The notes below the pieces were generated by a model. That model ran no database searches, had not been told where the DNA came from, and saw only the letters and a list, made by a program, of their open reading frames with translations. From Thraustochytrium aureum (taxonomy: Eukaryota), in NCBI GenBank assembly GCA_012862495.1, contig BLSG01000260.1, forward strand, positions 20,246-84,245: a stretch of DNA of 64,000 nucleotides. The letters are read 5' to 3'. Below are positions 11,101 to 21,868 of this stretch, in pieces (position 1 is the stretch's first letter; every line of letters begins with the position of its first letter). Both the position numbers and the translations under genes were made by a program.

Positions 11101-13404
11101 GGCTTAGCGCGAGGTCGCCAAGGCCGTACGGCGCCGCTTCGAAAAGGGTTGGCGGGTACTCGAAAATCACGCTTGCACCTACCTTCGGGACAAAAGTGAA
11201 TGGCAGCTCGCATTCATGGGCCTCGTTGACCCAACCGCCCAGGGTCCCCGGGATCGTGCAGCCAAACCGTCGCGTCGGCGCAGGCGTTGGGCCGTCGGTC
11301 GGGGATTCCGTTGGGTCTGCCGTCGGAAGCGCAGTGGGCCGCGGCGGCGTTGGTCCTTGACTTGTTGGCGCGCGGGTCGGCGCGGCGTCGTTGCACTTTG
11401 CGACGCCCCACATTGACCGCACCGGCACTTGCTCCGTGCTGTAGACAGTGACGCCCTCCAGGGGGCACCAGCGAACGTTGGCGTCGCCAGCGTCTAGCTG
11501 GGGGATGCTTTCGAGCCCCCAAGGCGCAACCTGCGCGAGCGTCGGCGGCTGGTCAAAGACAAGCGGCACCCCGTCGCGGCCCTCGTAGGTGAAAGGCAGC
11601 TGGCACTCGGCAGGGCCGCGCTCTAGGCCGAATCCATCGGCGGGGATGTGGCACCCGAATCGACGCGTTGGCTTGCCGGTCGGCGCAAATGTCGGAGGCA
11701 GACTGGGCTTTGCTGTCGTGGGACTCTTTGAAGGGGCCGGAGTGGGCTCGCGCGTCGGAATGCGAAATCGATCCGTGCAAGATGCGATGCCCCACAGATT
11801 GCGGCGGCCTGAGCCGCTGTTGTAGTTGTAGATTGGAACGCTGTGCCCTCCCTTTGGGGGGCACCAGCGAATTTCATCGTCGTCGACTGGCAATGCAAAC
11901 TGGTCCCAGCCCCATGGCGCTGCCTCCGCGTAGACGGGAGGATAGTCAAACGTAGTCTGAGTGCCGTCTTTTCCGCGAAAGAGGAAAGGAAGCTCGCACT
12001 CGACCGCACGGTTGAAGAAGCCACCTCGTTCCGGCTCAATGCGGCAGATCTGCACAATTGGGGCTGCCGTAGGCCGACCAGTTGGTGTCCGCGATGGGCT
12101 CTTTGATGGGGCTGTGGACGGAATGGGCGTCGTTGGCGCACCCGTTGGCGAAGTGGTAGGGCCTGGTGTTGGCGAGACGGTCGGCGCATCCGTCTCGCCG
12201 ATGCACTCGTTTGGGTATATCGGGTGCAGCTCGTCCACGTTTGTGCGCACCCTCGGTGTCGCGAAGCGGTCCACGATGGCTTTCTCTTGCTCAATGCAGA
12301 TGTCACTGTCGTAGACGCAAGTATCATGAAGGAGGTCGTGCACATACCCGTCGGGGCACTGGTTGACGAGAATGGCGCACGTCGGGCAGAGCGCGTCGTT
12401 CATATGTTGGTCTGCGCAGTAGCACGAGTTGGCGGTTCCGGGGGGCGCGGCGTGATAGCTGGGACACTGATTTGTCGTGCTCGAGTCGACCTCGAAAGAG
12501 GCGGACAAGTCTCCAAAAGCAAAGCAGCCGTCAGCTACCTCGAGGCGAATGCTGAACTTTCCAAGCGCGTCAACTTGGACGAGCTCTAAAATAGGCAGAG
12601 CTGTCTTCATTCGTTCGCCAGAGTTGCATGACGGCGGTAGCCCGTCTCCCGTCGCTGCTCGCATACTCGCGTGCTGTTGTGACGAGCTGTCAAAAAGCTC
12701 GGACTCCAATTCGCCGGCCGCGACGAGAGCCTGAGGGTCTTCAAGGTCGCCGTCTGCTTGGAACTGGTCGCCCTCTGAGCTGTTGTCCAAGGCCCGCCTG
12801 TTCCCGCTTGTTGTTGGGTAGCACATGTTTTGGACGTTTGTCGGGTCGAAGCAGCACCCCTTGGCCCAGCACTCTTCCCTTGTGATTCCTCTGTAGCCGC
12901 ACTGAACGGAGCGCAGCTCACTATTTGGGCATCCGAGTGTCGGCGGCACGGTTGGCGGGCGACTTGTCGGCTTTGGTGTTGGTCCTAGGGGCCCGCCAAG
13001 AGGGCTTGCGGTGGGCTCGAGCGTCCCAAGGTAGCTCTTGCCCTCCATGCACCACGAGTAGGTCAGCGGCCGCGCCCCCGCGTCCGCCAGCCACCTGCTC
13101 GCGTCAATAGCAATTGAACCGTTCGGCGCGGCCGAGGTCACAGTCACGATCGCGTCCAGCTCGCCGCGCACGAACGCCTTCGGCCTCCCTCCACAGGGGC
13201 CTCTCCGCCGGCCTCTGCTCCTGCCACGCGCGCGCCGACTGCAAGTGTAGCCGCGACCATCGCCCAGACGCCGACGGCAGTTGTCCTTGGCCCGGCGCCG
13301 CCTCGTCCCGAGCGCGCCCCATCCCTGACCGCCGCGCCAGCACAGGCCACAAAGCAACAAAGCAACAAAACAGCCACCGCACGCGCTAAAAGAACGCCGT
13401 GCAT
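5178..13404 (-). CDS. Giant single-pass cell-surface protein: signal peptide, PKD-like, trefoil, PT linkers with 5 FN2-like repeats, 2 PKD, TSP1 repeats, Cys-rich repeats, EGF, TM, cytoplasmic PH; gapped and frameshifted
   Basis: Signal MHGVLLARAVAVLLLCCFVACAGA at 13404; trefoil CGYRGITREECWAKGCCFD; PKD LDGSRSRDD..YHW..GRYTFALTVTD; TSP1 WSPCSAVCG; EGF CSGSGRC..CAC..GEDC; TM WWPLFLLLVIPLCCVPGLVYW; PH KEGWL..W..LYFVL..AERHAWVDAL. Consecutive overlapping minus-strand ORFs join into one gene. Confidence 0.75.
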
Positions 13405-13712
13405 GAATCGCGACACGCGGCGCGCCTCGGCCTCTCGCGAACGCGCCGCCGCCGTCGCCGATGCGTCAATGGGCTCTGCGCTGCATTTGACCCAATCAAC
13501 GGTTATGTTAAGGCGGAAACTGCGAGGACACCGCAACTATTGTTAAGGTCCTCGTCCGGAACAGCGCCGACAGATTGTGATTCGAGCAGGTGGTTTGGGC
13601 TCGGCCTCGCGTTTGCTGCCGTCGCCATGATCGCCGTGCACGGGGTTTGCGCTTGGAAGGAGCGGTTTTGAAAAAAAGTATGCACGGCTGAATTTTTGTA
13701 CGCTCGCTCAGC

Positions 13713-14731
13713 TCAGGCTGACGCGTGGTCGTACCCGGGCGTGGACTCTGGGACAAGGTTGTCGCAGCCGAGCTCGATGAGCTTCTTCCAAGCGCGCGCG
13801 GAGTCGTTGTAGAACGCCTTGCGGTGGGAGTCGTAGTATTTGATGTGGGTGCGGTACTCTGGGTCCCACCAGAGCGCCATGTCGCTGGGGAGCATCATCC
13901 AGCGCGTGCCGCCGAAAAACTCTCCCACTGGCGCTTGCCGCCGCTGGAGGTCACNNNNNNNNNNNNNNNNNNNNNNNNNNNNNNNNNNNNNNNNNNNNNN
14001 NNNNNNNNNNNNNNNNNNNNNNNNNNNNNNNNNNNNNNNNNNNNNNNNNNNNNNNNNNNNNNNNNNNNNNNNNNNNNNNNNNNNNNNNNNNNNNNNNNNN
14101 NNNNNNNNNNNNNNNNNNNNNNNNNNNNNNNNNNNNNNNNNNNNNNNNNNNNNNNNNNNNNNNNNNNCGTGGCCCGAATCGCGTTGATGGTCTTGGCCTC
14201 ACGAACGTGGGCTGGGGCGTCGGCCGGCGCGTCTTTGTCTTCTCCCAGGTCTGCCGCGGGCAGGCGAGAGCCACACGGGTTGTGCTCGCCGTCGCCGAAA
14301 GGGCACCTCGAGGGGCCGTAGCGCTGCTCCGCTTGGTCCGGGGAAAACTCGACCCTCCCCGTGGAGAACGGGATTCGCGGTCCGCCGGCCGCCTCGATGG
14401 CGACAGTGCCGCCGAGCACGTACAGGTCGGCGCGCGAAAGCCAAGGGAAGCGCTCCCCTATCTTGTCGAGGTGCTGCTTGGCCATCGCGAGGCCGCTGTT
14501 CTCGGGGTCGTTCGCTTCGGCGTCAAAGCGGAAGGTGCACCCATTGGAGCCGCCGTTGCGCTTGGCCTTTGAATAGGTCCCGCTCATGTGCCACGCGAAC
14601 CTGATCAGCAGCGGGCCGAGCGACCCGTCATCGTGCCCCCACTTGACCATCGTCTGCTGCAGCAGCGCGCGGACTTCGGTCAAGTCCCGTGGACCGTCGG
14701 CAACAGCCATGTCAGAATCCGACGAGCTCAT
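13713..14731 (-). CDS. Class I heme peroxidase (ascorbate/cytochrome c peroxidase-like); gap 13955-14167
   Basis: Distal motif PLLIRFAWHMSGTY, GGSNG, E..DPENSGL, SRADL, GGPRIPF..GR, RLPAA and C-terminal MMLPSDMAL..DP..AWKKLIELG. Confidence 0.9.
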
Positions 14732-15312
14732 CCCCGCCAGCCGCGAAAGCCAATTCACGCAGCCCGCTCGAGAGCCTGCGCGCACAATGCGGCCCGCAGA
14801 TCTTGCGCACGCCAGCTTGATTGCCGCAAGTCCCGCTTCGCGTCCACCGCATTGATTGCCTGAACCCGGAATGGACGACCTCGCTCAATCGAAAAGCGCC
14901 TTGTGGCTCTGCTCGCACTTGACAAAAACGAGCAATTCTTTCATTCTTTCTCGACCAAAACCAGCCGGCCCTTCACTCCGTCCGCACTACGCCGCAAAAA
15001 GTGGCGAACGCCTAGAGAACGGTAGAACGAGTCGTTGATGCGGCTGGCTATGGTGAAAGAGTACCGAGCTGCCCAAAAGGCACAGCAAATGGAGACAAAG
15101 TGGCTCGACATGGGACGTGACACACGGTTGTGGCAGCGCTCGATGCGAGTCTGCCTGCATGCGGCAGACTCCCAACGCGACCGGGCTGCGCGCGTCGGGC
15201 GGCGCTGGCGAGCAGAGCAGATTGGCGAGCGGTCGGCAATCTGCGAAGCGATCGCTTGCCCATCCGCGAAGCGACTGGCGCACGCGAAACCACGCACGAC
15301 GCTGGCCCGAAA

Positions 15313-18300
15313 ATGTCAACGAGCGAGTTGCGGTCAAAGGCAAAGGAAAAGGCTGCGCCCGCGCCGCGCCGCGATGATGCGAAGCAGGAGGGTGCGGAGC
15401 ATGAGGCTGCGAAGGCTGAGGCGCGCGGCGGCGGCAGGCTAAAGATCATGATCTCGTACGAGTGGAAGTCGACAGTCAACGGACGCTCCACCAAGGTCGT
15501 CGTGGACGAGGCTGCGGCCTGGGTGGAGCGCTGCAAAGGTTGGGACGTGTGGTACGATCGAAAGTGCCTTAGGGACGGCAATGCTGAGAATGCCGCCATC
15601 GACGACGCCGATGTCGTCGTCGTGCTGCTCACGGAGGAGTACGCCCGGCAGGTCAACGTTGGCCAAACCAACGACAAATGCCGACGAGAGTTTCGCTACG
15701 CGGCCAAACAAAAGCCTGGTCGGATCGTCGCTCTCGTGGCCTCCGAGAGCATGGCCAACCAGCGGAACTGGAAGGGCCAGATCGGAGTCAACCTGTCCGA
15801 GGACCTGTTCCAAAGCCTTCAAGGCGACTTTCAAGCAACAATGGAGGGCCTCGTGGCCATCATCGAAGACAAGGCGAAACCCGCAGCAGAGCGCACGTCA
15901 GCAGCCCAGACCGCGGCCGACCAGGCCAAACTGACCGAGATCTTCAAGCTCCCGGCCGGCTTCAACCCTCTCCTGACGGCGCAGCTCAAGGCCAGCGACT
16001 ACGAGGACGGCACGCGCAAAGCTGTGCTCGACGACGTGCGTCGCTGGTACAAGGCTGACCTCCTCAAGAAGAAGAACCGCGCGATGGTGTTTCTGGGCCC
16101 AGCCGGGTTTGGCAAGTCCGTGCTCATGGCCAAGCTCTGCCATGAAGGCGGCCTGCTGACCAAGCGTAGCGCCAAGGATACGAACAAGCGCGACTCGAAG
16201 CGCTTCAGCTTGAGCTTGCGGCACTGGAGCACAAGCGAGCATNNNNNNNNNNNNNNNNNNNNNNNNNNNNNNNNNNNNNNNNNNNNNNNNNNNNNNNNNN
16301 NNNNNNNNNNNNNNNNNNNNNNNNNNNNNNNNNNNNNNNNNNNNNNNNNNNNNNNNNNNNNNNNNNNNNNNNNNNNNNNNNNNNNNNNNNNNNNNNNNNN
16401 NNNNNNNNNNNNNNNNNNNNNNNNNNNNNNNNNNNNNNNNNNNNNNNNNNNNNNNNNNNNNNNNNNNNNNNNNNNNNNNNNNNNNNNNNNNNNNNNNNNN
16501 NNNNNNNNNNNNNNNNNNNNNNNNNNNNNNNNNNNNNNNNNNNNNNNNNNNNNNNNNNNNNNNNNNNNNNNNNNNNNNNNNNNNNNNNNNNNNNNNNNNN
16601 NNNNNNNNNNNNNNNNNNNNNNNNNNNNNNNNNNNNNNNNNNNNNNNNNNNNNNNNNNNNNNNNNNNNNNNNNNNNNNNNNNNNNNNNNNNNNNNNNNNN
16701 NNNNNNNNNNNNNNNNNNNNNNNNNNNNNNNNNNNNNNNNNNNNNNNNNNNNNNNNNNNNNNNNNNNNNNNNNNNNNNNNNNNNNNNNNNNNNNNNNNNN
16801 NNNNNNNNNNNNNNNNNNNNNNNNNNNNNNNNNNNNNNNNNNNNNNNNNNNNNNNNNNNNNNNNNNNNNNNNNNNNNNNNNNNNNNNNNNNNNNNNNNNN
16901 NNNNNNNNNNNNNNNNNNNNNNNNNNNNNNNNNNNNNNNNNNNNNNNNNNNNNNNNNNNNNNNNNNNNNNNNNNNNNNNNNNNNNNNNNNNNNNNNNNNN
17001 NNNNNNNNNNNNNNNNNNNNNNNNNNNNNNNNNNNNNNNNNNNNNNNNNNNNNNNNNNNNNNNNNNNNNNNNNNNNNNNNNNNNNNNNNNNNNNNNNNNN
17101 NNNNNNNNNNNNNNNNNNNNNNNNNNNNNNNNNNNNNNNNNNNNNNNNNNNNNNNNNNNNNNNNNNNNNNNNNNNNNNNNNNNNNNNNNNNNNNNNNNNN
17201 NNNNCGACCCAATGGTGTCGTCAGTTGTTCTCGAGGGCCACGCTGATGGGGTGACAAGCGTTGCTGTACTCGATGGCAACAGGTTGGTCTCTGGCTCGGA
17301 TGATAACACTGTTCGCATTTGGACCGTTCCTGAGAGCGGCGGTGGTGCCAACCCAGGGATGTTGCCGGTGGTGGTCGAGGGCCACACAGATGCCGTGACG
17401 AGCGTCGCTGTGCTCGATGGGAACAGGGTGGTCTCTGGCTCAAGAGACGGAACCGTGCGCATTTGGACCGTCCGGGAGAGCGACAGGGGCGCTGACCCAG
17501 CGGTGTCGTCGGTGGTGCTCGAAGGCCACAGCGGTTGGGTGACAAGCGTAGCTGTGCTCGATGGCAAAAGGGTAGTCTCTGGCTCCTATGACGCAACTGT
17601 TCGCATTTGGACAGACACAGAGAGCGGCGGCGGTGCTCATCCAGGGGTGCCGCCAGTGGTGCTCGAGGGCCACACTGGTTGGGTAACAAGCGTCGCTGTA
17701 CTCGATGGCAACAGAGTGGCCTCTGGCTCGGATGACAGAAGCGTTCGCATTTGGACTTGTAATGAGAGCGGCGGTGGTGTTCAACCAGGGGTGCCGCCAG
17801 TGGTGCCCGAGGGCCATACGGGTTGGGTGACAAGCGTCGCTGTGCTCGATGCAAACAGGATGGTCTCTGGCTCCTGGGACAATACCGTTCGCATTTGGAC
17901 TGTCACGGAGAGCGGCGGTGGCGCCGACCTAGTGGTTTCGTCAGTGGTGCTCGAGGGCCACACTGGTTGGGTGATAGGTGTCGCTGTGCTCGATGGCAAC
18001 AAGGTGGTCTCGGGCTCGTGGGACACGACCGTTCGCATCTGGACTGTCACAGAAAGCGGCGGTGGCGCCGACCCAGCGGTGTCGTCAGTGGTGCTCCAGG
18101 GCCACACTGGAATAGTGACAAGCGTTGCTGTGCTTGATGGCAACAGGGTGGTCTCTGGCTCAGGGGACAAGACTGTTCGCATTTGGACCGTCTCGGAGAG
18201 CGCGTGGCGCCGACGCAGTGGTGTCGTCAGTTGTGCTCCAGGGCCANNNNNNNNNNNNNNNNNNNNNNNNNNNNNNNNNNNNNNNNNNNNNNNNNNNNNN

Positions 18301-19213
18301 NNNNNNNNNNNNNNNNNNNNNNNNNNNNNNNNNNNNNNNNNNNNNNNNNNNNNNNNNNNNNNNNNNNNNNNNNNNNNNNNNNNNNNNNNNNNNNNNNNNN
18401 NNNNNNNNNNNNNNNNNNNNNNNNNNNNNNNNNNNNNNNNNNNNNNNNNNNNNNNNNNNNNNNNNNNNNNNNNNNNNNNNNNNNNNNNNNNNNNNNNNNN
18501 NNNNNNNNNNNNNNNNNNNNNNNNNNNNNNNNNNNNNNNNNNNNNNNNNNNNNNNNNNNNNNNNNNNNNNNNNNNNNNNNNNNNNNNNNNNNNNNNNNNN
18601 NNNNNNNNNNNNNNNNNNNNNNNNNNNNNNNNNNNNNNNNNNNNNNNNNNNNNNNNNNNNNNNNNNNNNNNNNNNNNNNNNNNNNNNNNNNNNNNNNNNN
18701 NNNNNNNNNNNNNNNNNNNNNNNNNNNNNNNNNNNNNNNNNNNNNNNNNNNNNNNNNNNNNNNNNNNNNNNNNNNNNNNNNNNNNNNNNNNNNNNNNNNN
18801 NNNNCAGAACTGTTCGCATTTGGACCTTCACTGAGAGCGTCAGTGGCGCCGACCCAGTGGTGTCGTCAGCGGTGCTCGAGGGCCACATTCATGCCGTGAA
18901 AACCGTCGCTGTGCTCGATGGCAACAGGGTGGTCTCTACCTCCTGAGACGAAACCATTCGCGTTTGGGATGTGTCCACGCAGAAGCAGATCGAGGTTTTT
19001 GACGAGAGGAAAGACGCGGCGAAATTGCGCGATCTCCTGAGCGAGTGCAGGAGCGAACGCGGAGGGTCTGCAGAGCCACAGGGAAAGGCCCTAGCTCTGA
19101 TCGCGCCCCTTTCCTTTCCAGATTCGGTTAGGCAGGTTGCTGCGTCGAGGACCGTTGTGGCTGTTGCAGATAGCAGCCTGCACCTGTTCACGCGCGAGCA
19201 ACCGGGCAGCTGA
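15313..19213 (+). CDS. NLR-like STAND protein: TIR, NACHT-type NTPase and high-identity WD40 array; as assembled it has a 2-nt indel near 18200 and TGA at 18944
   Basis: TIR_2-like IMISY..WDVWYDR..AIDDADVVVVLLTEEY..CRREFRYA (about 15439-15830); GTR..VLDDV..W followed by Walker A GPAGFGKS (16096-16119); at least 8 WD40 repeats of 48 aa. Confidence 0.85.
17205..18970 (+). repeat. Tandem 144-bp WD40-coding repeat array: 7 complete units before gap 18247-18804 and about 1.5 after
   Basis: GH codons begin at 17236, 17380, 17524, 17668, 17812, 17956, 18100, 18242 and 18881. Consensus GHxxxVTSVAVLDGNRVVSGSxDxTVRIWTVTESGGGADPxVxxVVLE. Confidence 0.95.
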
Positions 19214-21868
19214 GTCCCGCGTAGGCCACGAGGACTCGGCTTTCTTGAGCGAGCCATGTTCCTAACGTGCGACTTCTGCGAGGGGCGCTGCGCCTGGCGT
19301 GGAGAGTCGGCGGGCTGCCCGTCCTGCGCAGTTTTGCCTTCACACGGCACGGCACGGAAACGAAACCGCACGTCACGGTGAGGCGCGGCCAGCGAAACAG
19401 TGACGGCGACCGAAGCAGTGATGGGCGGCCTCGAAGCCGCTTCGAGGAAAGATCGCAGCTCACTTGGGCAGGCGTGCTGGGCTCGGAAGTGCCAAGTATA
19501 GTTTGACATGATGAAAGCAAGAAGAATGCTCCGTTGTGGTTGGTTCTGGCCTTGGAGGCGAGATCTTTGGCGATGGGCGCCGCTGGAGCGTCTGCCGGCC
19601 TGCCGCTTGCTTGATTTTGCGCTGCTTCGCATGGCAGGCACGACATGGCAACTTCCTCGGCAATCGCCGGATGGCCTCTCCGGCTTGGCCTCTCGGCAAT
19701 CGCCGGATGGCCAGGCCTCTCCAACGCACCCACCACGCGCCGAGTTTTGCACTTCAGTTCCCACCCACGCCAGCGTGCAAGGCGTACGGCGGCGCGCTGC
19801 GAGAATCCAACCCCTATCGGCACAAGCACGAGTAGCCCCGGCTGCTCAGCCCAGAGTACGCGCTCCACAAGCACATGTTCTAGATACGCCGAAACGTAGG
19901 CCTCCAGCCTTCGGCCCTCGGCCGAGCAATCTCGCAACCCTCGTGGCAGGTCGCAAGGTGTGTCGGCGGCATGCAATAAATGCCGATGTGGTGCGCGCGA
20001 CGCAGTATGCCCCGGCGCGGGAGTGTTCCACGCGATTTGTCGCGCTCGGCGTGCGCCAAACAAAAAAACTCGTGTCGAAAACCAAACTCCACGTTTCCGG
20101 TCGTCAGGCGTGTATTTGGCCACGGCCGCGCCTCGTACGGCGCAGGCTGCGCGCGTCCATAAACGCCTGCGAGGGACGTTTGCTGGCTTTGTTTCGCCGA
20201 CAGGTGAACCGGCTTTGCTTGGCTGTCCACTGGCACCGTGGGTGTGGTGTACGACTCGGAGGTGGCTTTCTCCCTCCTGGAGTCAAGCCCATTTGGTCGT
20301 GTGCCAGCGCGGCAGAGCCCGATCGAGCTCGCCGATCTGTGGCCAGGGCCAAGTCGCTCGTGGAACGTACTGGGTATTGTGGGCTTGTGGATTGTTTCGA
20401 TCGCCTCAGGGATGCTGTGCACGCCGAACGCGGGCTGGCTGGCCAGCGCGACGCTCGCAACGGAAGCTACGTTGGCCTCGCCCCTGCTGGGTCTCGGCGA
20501 AGGCGCTGCGGAAGTCTTGGACAAGATGGTCCCGTCGCCGTTCGCCGTGCAACAGACGCCCAAGGTCGACATTGGCGATGTTCTGCGCAAGCTCGCGGAG
20601 NNNNNNNNNNNNNNNNNNNNNNNNNNNNNNNNNNNNNNNNNNNNNNNNNNNNNNNNNNNNNNNNNNNNNNNNNNNNNNNNNNNNNNNNNNNNNNNNNNNN
20701 NNNNNNNNNNNNNNNNNNNNNNNNNNNNNNNNNNNNNNNNNNNNNNNNNNNNNNNNNNNNNNNNNNNNNNNNNNNNNNNNNNNNNNNNNNNNNNNNNNNN
20801 NNNNNNNNNNNNNNNNNNNNNNNNNNNNNNNNNNNNNNNNNNNNNNNNNNNNNNNNNNNNNNNNNNNNNNNNNNNNNNNNNNNNNNNNNNNNNNNNNNNN
20901 NNNNNNNNNNNNNNNNNNNNNNNNNNNNNNNNNNNNNNNNNNNNNNNNNNNNNNNNNNNNNNNNNNNNNNNNNNNNNNNNNNNNNNNNNNNNNNNNNNNN
21001 NNNNNNNNNNNNNNNNNNNNNNNNNNNNNNNNNNNNNNNNNNNNNNNNNNNNNNNNNNNNNNNNNNNNNNNNNNNNNNNNNNNNNNNNNNNNNNNNNNNN
21101 NNNNNNNNNNNNNNNNNNNNNNNNNNNNNNNNNNNNNNNNNNNNNNNNNNNNNNNNNNNNNNNNNNNNNNNNNNNNNNNNNNNNNNNNNNNNNNNNNNNN
21201 NNNNNNNNNNNNNNNNNNNNNNNNNNNNNNNNNNNNNNNNNNNNNNNNNNNNNNNNNNNNNNNNNNNNNNNNNNNNNNNNNNNNNNNNNNNNNNNNNNNN
21301 NNNNNNNNNNNNNNNNNNNNNNNNNNNNNNNNNNNNNNNNNNNNNNNNNNNNNNNNNNNNNNNNNNNNNNNNNNNNCAGCAAGGCGTCCACAGTGTCGCT
21401 TCAGAACAGAATTGAGAGTGGTGCGTGAGGGGCTCGACCTGTTGCAGCCTGTTGCAGCTCCGAGCCGCTCGCCGTCCTCCTACTCTACTCGATTGACAAA
21501 TCAATCAAGAGCACAAGCACCCCACCGACGCGCCGCCACCCTCTCCGAAAGTTGACGAGAGGAAGTAAGTACCGGTAGGCCTACCCATCAGCTGACTGCT
21601 GGCGCAAGCAGCAGAGCTGGAGCGGCGCTGAGCCTTGTCTCGTCGTAGCCAGTGGCCACCTCAGCGAGCGACCTTGCTCCCGACCTTGCTCCCGACCTGG
21701 CTCCCGACCCAACTAACCTTGCCGCAGTGCCCTATTGCGAGGGGAGCGCACAGACCAGTCCGGACGAGACGAGACGGGGCGGGACGAGACGGACAAGACC
21801 AGAGCAGGCCAAAGAAGACAGACTAGACCAGGCCAAAGCAAAAGCAGAGCAAAGCTTTCCCTGGCGCA

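Noticed and set aside
19214..21600. Long overlapping ORFs and a short direct duplication (about 19655-19720) downstream of the NLR, as a partner or effector gene
   Set aside because: No convincing domain or codon bias, and interrupted by a gap. Worth a translated search but not supportable here.
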